In this document: positions 37,206-46,429 of the stretch, piece after piece | How positions within the stretch are numbered: position 1 is the stretch's first letter | Layout of the letters: every line of letters starts with the position of its first letter | From: Ignavibacteriota bacterium | GTDB lineage: Bacteria > Bacteroidota > Ignavibacteria > UBA10030 > UBA6906 | Direction: 5' to 3' | DNA length: 64,000 nt | Assembly (NCBI GenBank): GCA_963801355.1 | Contig: CAWDEM010000008.1 | Span: 1,600,001-1,664,000 of the forward strand | Position numbers and translations under genes: made by a program | Notes under the pieces: model-generated | What the model saw: the letters and a program-made list of their open reading frames with translations, nothing else | What the model was told of the DNA's origin: nothing | The model's database searches: none

Positions 37206-37234
37206 TTGCACAAACGCAGGATTCTTTGTATCAT
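37206..37234 (+). promoter_or_regulatory. Putative sigma70 promoter of the lipoprotein operon
   Basis: TTGCAC, a 17-bp spacer, then TATCAT, in an AT-rich intergenic region. Confidence 0.5.
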
Positions 37235-37279
37235 TTGTCACTTTTTCGACTTTTCATCATCATGAAGGAGACAATTCCG

Positions 37280-37744
37280 TTGGTGCACTCACGCATGACA
37301 ATTCTCGTTTTGGCGGCACTCGCACTCAGTCTCCCGGCCTGCTCCTCCCTGACACTGGAACACGTGAACTACGGTTGGCCGGTCGAGAGTCCTCTCACGG
37401 TGAGCGCCGCAAACACCGTCGAAGATGTGCGCTACGCCCTCATGTTCCCCGTGGGCGGGCTGGCAATGGCGGAATTCGCGGATTCCACGGCATTGCGCGG
37501 CATGACCCTCCGGGTCATTCGGAACCACGAAGGATTCTATTTCATCACGGGCCCCGGATTCAAGCATGTCTATGTCTTTACCGCGGGCACGGGAACACTC
37601 GTGCAATCGTCGGCCATTGATGTGAGCGAGACCGGCCTTGTCTCGCCCGCGCTCAATCTCCGTCCGCCGTATGTTGAACTCATCGACGGCGGGTCCAATT
37701 CACGCATGCTCACATCGTCGGACATCGTCGAAGGAAAGAAATAA
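37280..37744 (+). CDS. Hypothetical lipoprotein
   Basis: Hydrophobic leader ending LSLPAC (lipobox-like); AAGGAG 9 nt upstream of TTG 37280 (ATG 37295 is an alternative start). Confidence 0.65.
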   Translation: MVHSRMTILVLAALALSLPACSSLTLEHVNYGWPVESPLTVSAANTVEDVRYALMFPVGGLAMAEFADSTALRGMTLRVIRNHEGFYFITGPGFKHVYVFTAGTGTLVQSSAIDVSETGLVSPALNLRPPYVELIDGGSNSRMLTSSDIVEGKK

Positions 37745-39003
37745 TGGGCCGCCCCGCACTCTGCACACTCGCGTTCATCCTATTTCTCTTCCCCTTCCTG
37801 ACTGTTCCGGCGCAGGAATCCGACTTCGCAGTCAAACGTGATTTTGAAGATCGCGCCGCGCTCATCAGAACGCACATCGATGCTGCAGTCAGCACCGCAC
37901 AGCTGGACTCCCTCAAGAACGCGATCGACGGCTTCGAGATAGATTTCCAGCCGCACACCGATTTTCTGGACAAAGCTCTCTACCCGGAAACGTTCGCCAG
38001 CAGAATGAAGGAAATGCGGGAGCGGCATGAACGGACGCTTCTCCGGCTCCGCACAATCGAATTACAGGGGACACGGATGGCAGAGATGGAAGGAGCCATC
38101 CAGGTTCTCACCTATCGCCTGGATACTCTCTCCGCCGAACGTGACAAGCTTTTCGCCGACCTGAAGGAAAACAAAACGAACGTGACGGCGTTGCGGGAGA
38201 CCGTTCGCCGCCTTCAGAACATGCTCCAGATGCGCGACAAGCTCATCTTCGCTCTCGTGGATTCGATCTTCATGCCCTACGGCAAGGATCTGGCGACTCT
38301 GAATGACGTCCAGCGGGATGCGCTCTCCACAAAACTGTCGGACAATAATCTCGTCAACCGCATTTACTCCATAGCCGCGGACAACATACGGTTCCTCGGT
38401 GCGACCGAACTGCAGGGGAAAGACTATGCCGCCCTGCTTGATCATTACCGCCAGTTTGAGGGGCGCTGGAAAGGCTTGAGCGATAAGATTCAATCGGTTA
38501 CCGTCGCCGGGCTGACACCCGGTGCTGCGAGGAAATCCCCCCAGGAACGCGCGGGATCCATCACCCCCCCCTCACAACCGGTCGGTGTGGCCCAGGCCCA
38601 ACAGGTCGATTCGCTCCTCGGAGAATGGAATACCAGGCTGCAGAGATCCTTCTGGTCTGCCGTTGAGCGGGAGTTCACCTCCCGGCAGATACAGATCATG
38701 CCTTTCTCTGACGCGCCCGGTTTTTCGGCCTCAATCAGGGCCTACGTCCAGTCACTACAGGCCAGCGGCGATGATCCGTCGGTATTCGTGGATGAGATCT
38801 GGAAAACCAAGATCGACAAGGAGTGGCGGGAAGCGCTGACGCGCGATGGTATGCTCGGGAAGGAAGAATACGCCGCACTTGACAAACAGGTCAGCGAACT
38901 CGCCAAGACGAAGTTTGACCTGAAATTTGTGCTCTACGCAGGCATCATCGGCCTGGTGGCACTCGTTCTCTGGTGGTTGCTCGCAAAGAAGCCCAAAACA
39001 TGA
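37744..39003 (+). CDS. Hypothetical coiled-coil protein with signal peptide and C-terminal membrane anchor
   Basis: TAATG coupling to the upstream gene; heptad-rich central region; FVLYAGIIGLVALVLWWLLAKKPKT tail. Confidence 0.75.
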   Translation: MGRPALCTLAFILFLFPFLTVPAQESDFAVKRDFEDRAALIRTHIDAAVSTAQLDSLKNAIDGFEIDFQPHTDFLDKALYPETFASRMKEMRERHERTLLRLRTIELQGTRMAEMEGAIQVLTYRLDTLSAERDKLFADLKENKTNVTALRETVRRLQNMLQMRDKLIFALVDSIFMPYGKDLATLNDVQRDALSTKLSDNNLVNRIYSIAADNIRFLGATELQGKDYAALLDHYRQFEGRWKGLSDKIQSVTVAGLTPGAARKSPQERAGSITPPSQPVGVAQAQQVDSLLGEWNTRLQRSFWSAVEREFTSRQIQIMPFSDAPGFSASIRAYVQSLQASGDDPSVFVDEIWKTKIDKEWREALTRDGMLGKEEYAALDKQVSELAKTKFDLKFVLYAGIIGLVALVLWWLLAKKPKT

Positions 39004-39019
39004 AAGAAGGGCACCCCAT

Positions 39020-40444
39020 CTACCTCGTGTACATCCCAATCACCCTCTCGATTGCCGCGCTGCATATCGGATCAAAATCCACTGTGCTGAGTGAGAACAT
39101 GCGGCAATCGAGTGACGGACGGTACAACCCCTTCGCCACGTATCCGGCACCTTCAAACGCACCGACCTTCCCGGCCAGCTCCGCATTCTTGAGGATCTGT
39201 TGTGATGCCTTCATGAGGGGTTCTCGCTTGGTGTAGTAGTCCGGCGCCAGCCGGTCAAGCTTGCCCCGTTCGGCCTCAAGGCTGTCATACGCCTGCTTGC
39301 TCCAGTTCGTCGGCAGTGAGATGCCCGGTGTCAGGAACTCTTTCCATTTGATGTTCTTCTTGTCGAGCAGCGCCGTGATGTTGGGTTCCCACGGTTCAAT
39401 CCCCGCTGGATAGAAATCGTTGTAGGCAGTTGACGATCCATAGTATTCGTCTCCGAGCCCGGCGAACGCATGGCCGAATTCATGCACATAGACGTAGTCC
39501 ATCTGCCATCGCTGATCTGCCTTTTCCTCATTTGTGTATGTCGTGGTATAGAGATTGAGGATGCCACCGCCGCCGTAACGCGTGTCATTCACCAGGATGC
39601 AGAGGCAATCGTACGGGGCCGAGGCCGCGATGTCACGCAGCTTGCGGTTGTCCGCAATCAATACGTACCGGGCCGATCCAAACGTATTGTACTGTGATCC
39701 CAGGGCATTCCGCTTCCAGATATTCTTGTCCGGTATGTCAATTCCCGTCTCATCGGACTGCACTTCGATCGTCCAGACGTTGAAGTCTTTCTTGTGGTTG
39801 CTGAAGGGCTTGGTGCTGAACATGACACTATTGAAATGCTCGGCGTCTTTGCGGAATTTTTCCATATCCTCTTTGGCGTAGCCGTCGCCAAGGATGAGAA
39901 TGTCGACCTTGCCGGACGACGGTCCGTTGGTCATGAGCGGGACGGCCCGGTAGGAGCCGGCGGCTATTTCTTTCTGAACCGCCGTCGGATCATCCGGATC
40001 GACGGTCAGAGAAAAGAGGTCATGAAACACCATGCGCTTATCGCGCCGGGCAATGGTCACCTGCACCTTCCTCTGTGGGTAAGGAAAGCGCACGGTTTCT
40101 TCAAATGTGCGGTAGGCACCGGCGACCGCTTCATCGGTGGTCTGCCACTCCTGAAACATTGACGAAAAGCCCCGGGAATACAGCAACATGTTCGTGCTCT
40201 GGTCGTAGACACGCACCAGGAATTCGCCGATGTTCAACGTATCCAGAAGCTGCGTGCGTGAACCCGGCCAGGGACCTTCCTGATACACCCGGTCCATGCT
40301 GAACTGCTCGACCCCCTTTGTCCCCGTATGATAGTAGTCGATCCGCATGGTGGCATCGGTGAAGTGACGGTCATAGGGAACCCCGGCATTCAACGACCAG
40401 GACGTTGCGAGAAGAAGTGCACAAAGGACGACAATCTGACGCAT
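39020..40444 (-). CDS. Peptidase M64 (IgA peptidase-like)
   Basis: TMRIDYYHTG, VDILILGDGY, YGGGGI, HEFGHAFAGLGDEY and FEGAGY...YRPSLDCRM motifs. Confidence 0.9.
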   Translation of the reverse strand: MRQIVVLCALLLATSWSLNAGVPYDRHFTDATMRIDYYHTGTKGVEQFSMDRVYQEGPWPGSRTQLLDTLNIGEFLVRVYDQSTNMLLYSRGFSSMFQEWQTTDEAVAGAYRTFEETVRFPYPQRKVQVTIARRDKRMVFHDLFSLTVDPDDPTAVQKEIAAGSYRAVPLMTNGPSSGKVDILILGDGYAKEDMEKFRKDAEHFNSVMFSTKPFSNHKKDFNVWTIEVQSDETGIDIPDKNIWKRNALGSQYNTFGSARYVLIADNRKLRDIAASAPYDCLCILVNDTRYGGGGILNLYTTTYTNEEKADQRWQMDYVYVHEFGHAFAGLGDEYYGSSTAYNDFYPAGIEPWEPNITALLDKKNIKWKEFLTPGISLPTNWSKQAYDSLEAERGKLDRLAPDYYTKREPLMKASQQILKNAELAGKVGAFEGAGYVAKGLYRPSLDCRMFSLSTVDFDPICSAAIERVIGMYTR

Positions 40445-40499
40445 GGATCACCTCCAAGAGATGTGTCGAGAGCAACCTGTTATTGTCTGGTATACGAAA

Positions 40500-41669
40500 T
40501 TATCTGCCGAAGAAGAACCGCAGGATCTCCGGGGTACGTTCGCGCCAGCTCGCCCAATCGTGCCCGTCGTGCACTTCGCGGTAGCGGACAGTAACACCGT
40601 CACGGGCGAGTTCCTCGCTGAATTCCCGGTTCTGCACCGGAAAATCATATTCGTCGGTTTGTATGTCGTACCGACCGCAATCGATCCACACCTTCATGGT
40701 CGGCGGAAGCGGTGTCGACTGCCGGCGCGCGGCAAGTGCGGTCCGGAGAATGGGGGTGATCGTGGACGATTGACCGGCGACGCGGTGAAAACAATCGGGA
40801 CGCACAATGGCCATCGTCAATGCAATGTGTCCGCCGCTCGAGATTCCCATCACGCCCCGATGCTCGGGCATTCGCGAGGTGCGATAGACACTGTCGATGA
40901 GAGGCACCAGTTCGTCACAGAAGGCGGCGATGTATTCGGGAGTCGCCAGACCGATGTACTCCCGTTCCCTCTCGACGGGCGGCACGAACACGCCGATGAT
41001 CGGCGGAAGCTGACCGTCGGCAATCAGATTGTCAATGACGGTGGCAAAGGCCGCGTAGCGGAATGCCGATACCCCATCGTGAACATACACCACCGGCAGA
41101 TTGCTCAGGCTCCTGTAACCGGGCGGCAGATAGACGGTCACACTCCGCGGCTTGATACGGGAATCCCTGCTGGCGAAGATCAGCGTGTCCACGGACCCGT
41201 GTCTGATGCCCTCACGCCTGACCGAAAGCAGAGACATCCGGAACCCGGGCATAACGGCCTCGGAGTTCTGAAAGTCGCCGGGAGGTGTCACCCTGCGGTT
41301 TGCCGGATCGAGCTGATAGACACCGTTCACAATGAATTTGTACTCGAGGCGCGAATCCGGCGGCACCGTGTATGAGCGGTAGAAGAACTTCGGGGAGCCC
41401 GCGGTGTCCCCGCAGGGAATGGCCAGGAGGCGCTCAGGCGAGCGCCACCCCTTTTGCAGCGAGCCGTTGACGAGCACCGAATCCGCGCGCCCGAACCAGA
41501 CGAAATGCAGCAGCGAGTCCTGCTCCACCAACGGCGTCCGGCGTCCCGCAAGAACCGCCGTCGCAAGTGCGGCGCGGTCCCGCACGGGCGCGCGCTCAAG
41601 TCCCTTCACGAAATCCGGAAAGAGTTGTTGACCCTGCAGAAGCAGGGCAACTAGAACTGCATACGTCAT
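40500..41669 (-). CDS. Fes-like alpha/beta esterase with N-terminal Ig/CBM48-like domain
   Basis: EYKFIVNG...LDPAN, VYLPPGY, YVHDG, GISSGG nucleophile elbow and GHDW motifs. Confidence 0.8.
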   Translation of the reverse strand: MTYAVLVALLLQGQQLFPDFVKGLERAPVRDRAALATAVLAGRRTPLVEQDSLLHFVWFGRADSVLVNGSLQKGWRSPERLLAIPCGDTAGSPKFFYRSYTVPPDSRLEYKFIVNGVYQLDPANRRVTPPGDFQNSEAVMPGFRMSLLSVRREGIRHGSVDTLIFASRDSRIKPRSVTVYLPPGYRSLSNLPVVYVHDGVSAFRYAAFATVIDNLIADGQLPPIIGVFVPPVEREREYIGLATPEYIAAFCDELVPLIDSVYRTSRMPEHRGVMGISSGGHIALTMAIVRPDCFHRVAGQSSTITPILRTALAARRQSTPLPPTMKVWIDCGRYDIQTDEYDFPVQNREFSEELARDGVTVRYREVHDGHDWASWRERTPEILRFFFGR

Positions 41670-41750
41670 GAGAGAACCCTTTACATCACCGGGAGATCAC
41701 AGGCCCGGGACAAACGCCGGCGGACGGTCTGTTGGGCCATCGAGCACGGT

Positions 41751-43022
41751 TCACCCGCGGGCGCGGAGGACCGTCCGCTCGTAGTCCCGGATGACGTTCA
41801 TCCATCCCTCCCCGTGCGGCACACCGGCGCGCGCGCAATACGTTTCCCACACCGCGCCGAACGGTAGAGACTTCAACTCTTCGAGCAATGCGAGGCGCCC
41901 GACAAAATCCCCTTCCGCCTCGAGCTGCTCCAACCGCTTGCGGGGCTCGAGGAGGGCGCGGAGAAGGGCCTTCAGGGTCGAGTGGGAACCGAGCACCCAG
42001 GCGCCGATCCGGTTGACGCTGCCGTCAAAGAAGTCGAGTGCGATGTGCACGCGCTGCAGCGCTTCCGCACGAATGATTTCTTCTGCGAGGGCGCTTACTT
42101 CGTCGTTGACTATCACCACATGATCGCTGTCCCACCGTATGCCGCGGCTGACGTGCAGGAGCAACTCATCGACATACAGCAGCAGCGAGGAAACCTTGTC
42201 CGCCACACTCTCGGTCGGATGGAAGTGCCCCAGATCGAGACAGAGCATGACCTTGCGTGTCAGGGCGTAGCCCATGTAGAATTCGTGCGACCCGACGACG
42301 AACGATTCGCTGCCGATGCCGAACAGCTTGCTCTCCACGGCATCTTTCATCTCCTCGGACTCGTAGCGTTTGGTGAAGATGATATCCAGCGCACCGCGCA
42401 ACGCGGCCCGGTGGACGAACCGCCGCACGGTGATGTCTTTTGCGCCGTCCGGGATCCAGATGTTGTGGATGCAAGGCACTCCCTGCATTTTTCCCATCAC
42501 CGCGCTGATTTCACGGCAACGATGCACGTGCTCAATCCAGAAGTCGCGGATGCCAGCGTCGAGACTGCTCAGCGTGAAGCCGCTGTCGGCTTGCGGATGA
42601 GCGAAACAGGTGGAATTGAAGTCGAGCGGGATATCGTGTTCGCGCCCCCAATCCATCCATGTGCGGAAGTGGGCCGGCTCGATGCTGTCACGATCAACTT
42701 TCTTCCCGCCGAAATCTCCGTACATTGCGTGGAGGTTCAGCCGGTGCCTGCCGGGTATCAACGCATAGGCCTTCTCCAGGTCGCGCTGCAGCTCCTGAAT
42801 GGTGCGGGCGCGGCCGGGATACCCGCCCGTCACCTGGATCCCCCCCGAAGCGGTCCCGGCGTCCACGGTTTCAAATCCGTGCACATCGTCGCCCTGCCAG
42901 CAATGGAGCGAGAGTGACACCGATTGCAGGGACTTCATTGCCGCTTCCGTATCCACTCCCAGCTGCGCGTAGCGGTCGCGCGCATGGGCATAAACCTGTT
43001 CAGACGCCGGTTCGGGACTCAT
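41751..43022 (-). CDS. rhaA: L-rhamnose isomerase
   Basis: SLHCWQGDDV, GGYPGRAR, RLNLHAMY, WIPDG, ESKLFGIGSES, DLGHFHPTE and LHVSRGIRWDSDHV motifs. Confidence 0.93.
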   Translation of the reverse strand: MSPEPASEQVYAHARDRYAQLGVDTEAAMKSLQSVSLSLHCWQGDDVHGFETVDAGTASGGIQVTGGYPGRARTIQELQRDLEKAYALIPGRHRLNLHAMYGDFGGKKVDRDSIEPAHFRTWMDWGREHDIPLDFNSTCFAHPQADSGFTLSSLDAGIRDFWIEHVHRCREISAVMGKMQGVPCIHNIWIPDGAKDITVRRFVHRAALRGALDIIFTKRYESEEMKDAVESKLFGIGSESFVVGSHEFYMGYALTRKVMLCLDLGHFHPTESVADKVSSLLLYVDELLLHVSRGIRWDSDHVVIVNDEVSALAEEIIRAEALQRVHIALDFFDGSVNRIGAWVLGSHSTLKALLRALLEPRKRLEQLEAEGDFVGRLALLEELKSLPFGAVWETYCARAGVPHGEGWMNVIRDYERTVLRARG

Positions 43023-43093
43023 GAGATTCCTCTGGTAGGTGTTGCTGGAAAGCGTTCGGGACTCCTCGCTGCGTAGGTGAAGCCGCCGGGTAT

Positions 43094-43122
43094 ATTGTAC
43101 CAAACGGGGGAGAGAATTGCAA
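43094..43122 (-). promoter_or_regulatory. Putative sigma70 promoter of rhaA
   Basis: TTGCAA (43122-43117), a 17-bp spacer, then TACAAT (43099-43094), with an extended -10 TG. Confidence 0.6.
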
Positions 43123-43277
43123 AGGATCGGGGTCTGACCCCTGGCTGCGTGCTGGTTGCTTCTCCCCGCGGATCTGCTTACCATTGACCATTCGACAACC
43201 CTGCGACCGTTCACACCACGACAGGAAGGCTGTTTGGACCACCACACAAAGACCGTTCAGACCACAACACAAGGACC

Positions 43278-43895
43278 ATGCTGATGAAGATCCGCCCCTC
43301 CACCCTGCTTGCCACGTCCCTCCTGGTTTGCGCACCGCTGCTGGTCGCCCAGGAAACCGTGAAAGAAAAATCCACCGGCAAGTCGTTCCCCACCACGATC
43401 ACAGTTTCCCACGAAGGGAAAGACCTCACCCTCGCATTGACGGGAACCACCGTCCGGAAGAAACTGATTATCAAGGTCTATGCGATTGCCCACTACATGC
43501 AGGACCTGCCCAAGGGCAGTGAAAAAGAACTCGTTGCTGCCGTCCTCACCGATGGAAAGGCAAAACAGCTCACAATGGAGTTCGTGCGGGATGTGAGCAG
43601 GGAACAGATACGGAATGCCTACAAAGACGGATTCCAGGAGAATGCTTCGAAGGACGAGCAGAAGGCTATCGCCCCCCTCGTGGAACAATTCCTGGACTAC
43701 TTCACAGGGGATGTCAAAGAGAATGACCGCTTCATACTGCGCTGGTTGCCCGGCGGCGTCGTTCAGGCGCAGGTACAGGGTTCGGAGAAGCCGGCGATCA
43801 CTAACCCCGTGTTCGCACGGGTCCTCTGGACAATTTGGTTTGGTGAGGATTCGATTGTAGACCCGGAAGATCTTGTGAGCCGGATGTTGAACTGA
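43278..43895 (+). CDS. Chalcone isomerase-like family secreted protein
   Basis: Signal peptide; LALTGTTVRKKLIIKVYAIAHY and FARVLWTIWFGE motifs. Confidence 0.78.
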   Translation: MLMKIRPSTLLATSLLVCAPLLVAQETVKEKSTGKSFPTTITVSHEGKDLTLALTGTTVRKKLIIKVYAIAHYMQDLPKGSEKELVAAVLTDGKAKQLTMEFVRDVSREQIRNAYKDGFQENASKDEQKAIAPLVEQFLDYFTGDVKENDRFILRWLPGGVVQAQVQGSEKPAITNPVFARVLWTIWFGEDSIVDPEDLVSRMLN

Positions 43896-43907
43896 GAGCG
43901 GGTAGCG

Positions 43908-44612
43908 TCATTCCCCTTCGATCCGATGGCGGACCTTGTCGAGGAATGGAGTGTCGGCGACAATGCGGCCGTTTTCCAGCAAAAGGAAACGGCCGCAACT
44001 TTCTTGTGCCGTGGCCAGATCATGCGTGGCGAGGAGGAAGGCGGAATCGGTTTCCCTCAAGACCTGTGCAAGTGCACGCCGGCCGGGGGGATCCAGCCCC
44101 GCGGTCGCTTCGTCCAGGAGGAGCACAGCCGGCTTCACAACAAGCACACCGGCGAGCGCAATCCTCAGACGCTGCCCGTGAGAAAGCTCGTACGGTTCCT
44201 TGTCGGCCAGCTCTTCCACGCCGAACGTGTGCAACGCCTCCCGCGCGCGTGTGAGTGCGTTCCCGGGTGCCACCCCCTTCCGCAGCAGACCGTATGCCAC
44301 GTCGTCCAGCACTCGCGGGAAGAGCAGCTGGTCTTCCGGTGTCGCAAACAACATCCCGATGCTTGCGCGGATCTCATTCAGCGTTGACCTGTGCATCGTC
44401 ACGCCGTCCACGCTGATCTCTCCCGTCGTTTCCACAAGTCCGGCTACAGCGAGGAGCAACGTGGTCTTCCCTGACCCGTTGAGGCCGAGCAACGCTGCAT
44501 GTTCCCCACGCTTCAGGTCGAAGGAACAGTCATGCAAGGCCGCCCCGGACGCCGTCGGGTACCGCGCGATGACATTGCGAAAGCTGAGCACACAGCCGGT
44601 CGGGGTTGTCAT
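43908..44612 (-). CDS. ECF transporter ATPase (EcfA/CbiO-like)
   Basis: Walker A GLNGSGKT; PEDQLLFP, LSHGQ, LLLDE and ATHD motifs. Confidence 0.9.
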   Translation of the reverse strand: MTTPTGCVLSFRNVIARYPTASGAALHDCSFDLKRGEHAALLGLNGSGKTTLLLAVAGLVETTGEISVDGVTMHRSTLNEIRASIGMLFATPEDQLLFPRVLDDVAYGLLRKGVAPGNALTRAREALHTFGVEELADKEPYELSHGQRLRIALAGVLVVKPAVLLLDEATAGLDPPGRRALAQVLRETDSAFLLATHDLATAQESCGRFLLLENGRIVADTPFLDKVRHRIEGE

Positions 44613-45274
44613 ACCATCACCCGGAGGACAATGGTGGCTATGAGAACCGTCGCGCAGAGCAGGAATACAAGGACATCGAAGGCAAGCCAGGGCCTGTCGC
44701 GCGGCGGCGGAACCGGAGAACCGTAACCCCGCATTTCCAGAGCGTGGGCCACCCGGTTTGCTTTGAAGATCACCCGCGGGATCCAGACGCGCGGAAGCGC
44801 GTGGAGCAGTTCCCAGCCACCGAAACCCCGGGGGATGGCCCCCCGGATTACGATTGCCTGTCGGATCTTCACTGTTTCCCGGAGCAATACGGAGGCCTGA
44901 TGCAACATCTGCAGGAGGAGAAGCTTCACCATCGCGGGCAGAGGCAAACGGGTCACAGCATCATGCAGCGCCGGATAGCCCATCGTCCCCAACATCGTCA
45001 CGCCGGTGAGAGTAGTTGCCGCACCCTGCGCGACCGACGCCTGCGGGAGAACAAGGAGCATCGGCAGATAGACCACCAGCGTGCCTCCCAGAAGACGCAG
45101 GAATTTCGCAGGATCCGGACGGATGAGTATGAGCGCGACGGCTATCGGGACGACGAGTGAAATCTCTCCGGCCGGGATGCTCACTGGCAGGACGAGACAC
45201 GCCGCGGTCAGCGCGACACCCGCCAGAACTCCCGCAAGCGGGTGGACTTCACATTGCCGGGTCATGACGATCAT
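44609..45274 (-). CDS. ECF transmembrane T component (EcfT/CbiQ-like)
   Basis: Hydrophobic protein with AIVIRG and ALEMRGY Arg motifs; ATGA overlaps on both sides. Confidence 0.78.
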   Translation of the reverse strand: MIVMTRQCEVHPLAGVLAGVALTAACLVLPVSIPAGEISLVVPIAVALILIRPDPAKFLRLLGGTLVVYLPMLLVLPQASVAQGAATTLTGVTMLGTMGYPALHDAVTRLPLPAMVKLLLLQMLHQASVLLRETVKIRQAIVIRGAIPRGFGGWELLHALPRVWIPRVIFKANRVAHALEMRGYGSPVPPPRDRPWLAFDVLVFLLCATVLIATIVLRVMV

Positions 45275-45888
45275 GAGTGGTTCCGCAACTTTCTTCCCGT
45301 GATGCAGTAGCGGTCCGGGGCGTCCGTGCACTCCTCCACAACGAAGCCGGCGGGCGGGAACAACGCAGCGACATCCGCCGCGGGAGGGAGCAGATCGTGC
45401 ACGATTGGGGGCGCGGCAGATGCATGGATCCGATTGATGGTTGCGCGGCCGTTGATGTGCAGGATCGTGAAAGCAGAGCCCTCCCGGAGAACCCTGTTCA
45501 TCTCGCGCAGCACGGCAGAAGGATGAACGAAGTGGGGCCAGGCCGAAAAACAGATGACGCGATCACAGCTCGACCGGGCCAGGGGCAAAGCCGCGGCATC
45601 CGTCTTACACCACCGGACCCGCGGATCGGGGAATTTCCCGCGTGCCCTTTCGATCATCGCCGCTGAAAAGTCCACAGCCGTGATGAACGCCTCCGGCCCG
45701 AGCTTTTCCAGAAGTACGGCAGTCAAATTCCCCGTGCCGCAACCGAGATCGACCACGTGCTCATCCGGTCCCAGATGCATGCAGTCCAGCTCGATGCTGA
45801 GCGCGGCACGCACCTGGTCGTGATCGGTGAACCCGTCCCAGCGGGAAGAGAGTTCATCAAAATATGCCTGCTTCTGTTTGTCACCCAT
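45271..45888 (-). CDS. Class I SAM-dependent methyltransferase
   Basis: VVDLGCGTG, AVDFSAAMI, CFSAWPHF and RVLREG motifs. Confidence 0.88.
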   Translation of the reverse strand: MGDKQKQAYFDELSSRWDGFTDHDQVRAALSIELDCMHLGPDEHVVDLGCGTGNLTAVLLEKLGPEAFITAVDFSAAMIERARGKFPDPRVRWCKTDAAALPLARSSCDRVICFSAWPHFVHPSAVLREMNRVLREGSAFTILHINGRATINRIHASAAPPIVHDLLPPAADVAALFPPAGFVVEECTDAPDRYCITGRKLRNHS

Positions 45889-46429
45889 GGAGTTTTCGTG
45901 CGAGGAGTGCGACGGGAGGGACAACGACTATCATCAATAACACCCCCGGCCAGCCTGCGAAGAAAGAAATGCCAGCCACAAAAGCTGCAGGTAGGTCCAG
46001 CGCCCCGGAGACAAGATACATGAGGCCGGCATTGAGGAACCGGCCCGCGATGAGGACCGGCACCAGGAAAGCGACAGGGGTGACACCCGGCCAGCGGACG
46101 CGCAGCGCTGCCAGGACGCCTGCCATGAGCGCCAGCTCGACGGACATCACCGGTGCGATGGGCGGCATCAGCGGCGGCATCCCTGTAATCAACGCGGAAA
46201 GCATGGGGACGAGCAATGCGGTTGTTCCCGCAACTCCCCATCGCACGAAGAAGGGCAATGCCATCAGCGGAATGTACATCGGCATGAACATATGCCCGAG
46301 CTGCACGAGGTGAAACAGGGCCGGCAGGGCAAGTGCCGCGGCTCCAAACAGTCCTCCAAAGGCGAGTTCCCGCGGCGCCAGGAAGGATTTTCTGCGGAGG
46401 TCGATTTGCCCGGTCAGTGCATCTCCCAC
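45881..46429 (-). CDS. ECF transporter substrate-specific (S) component
   Basis: 182-aa hydrophobic protein with LPALFH...FMPMYIP...TGMPP...MSVEL; GGAGGT RBS; same operon as EcfT and EcfA. Confidence 0.72.
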   Translation of the reverse strand: MGDALTGQIDLRRKSFLAPRELAFGGLFGAAALALPALFHLVQLGHMFMPMYIPLMALPFFVRWGVAGTTALLVPMLSALITGMPPLMPPIAPVMSVELALMAGVLAALRVRWPGVTPVAFLVPVLIAGRFLNAGLMYLVSGALDLPAAFVAGISFFAGWPGVLLMIVVVPPVALLARKLHG

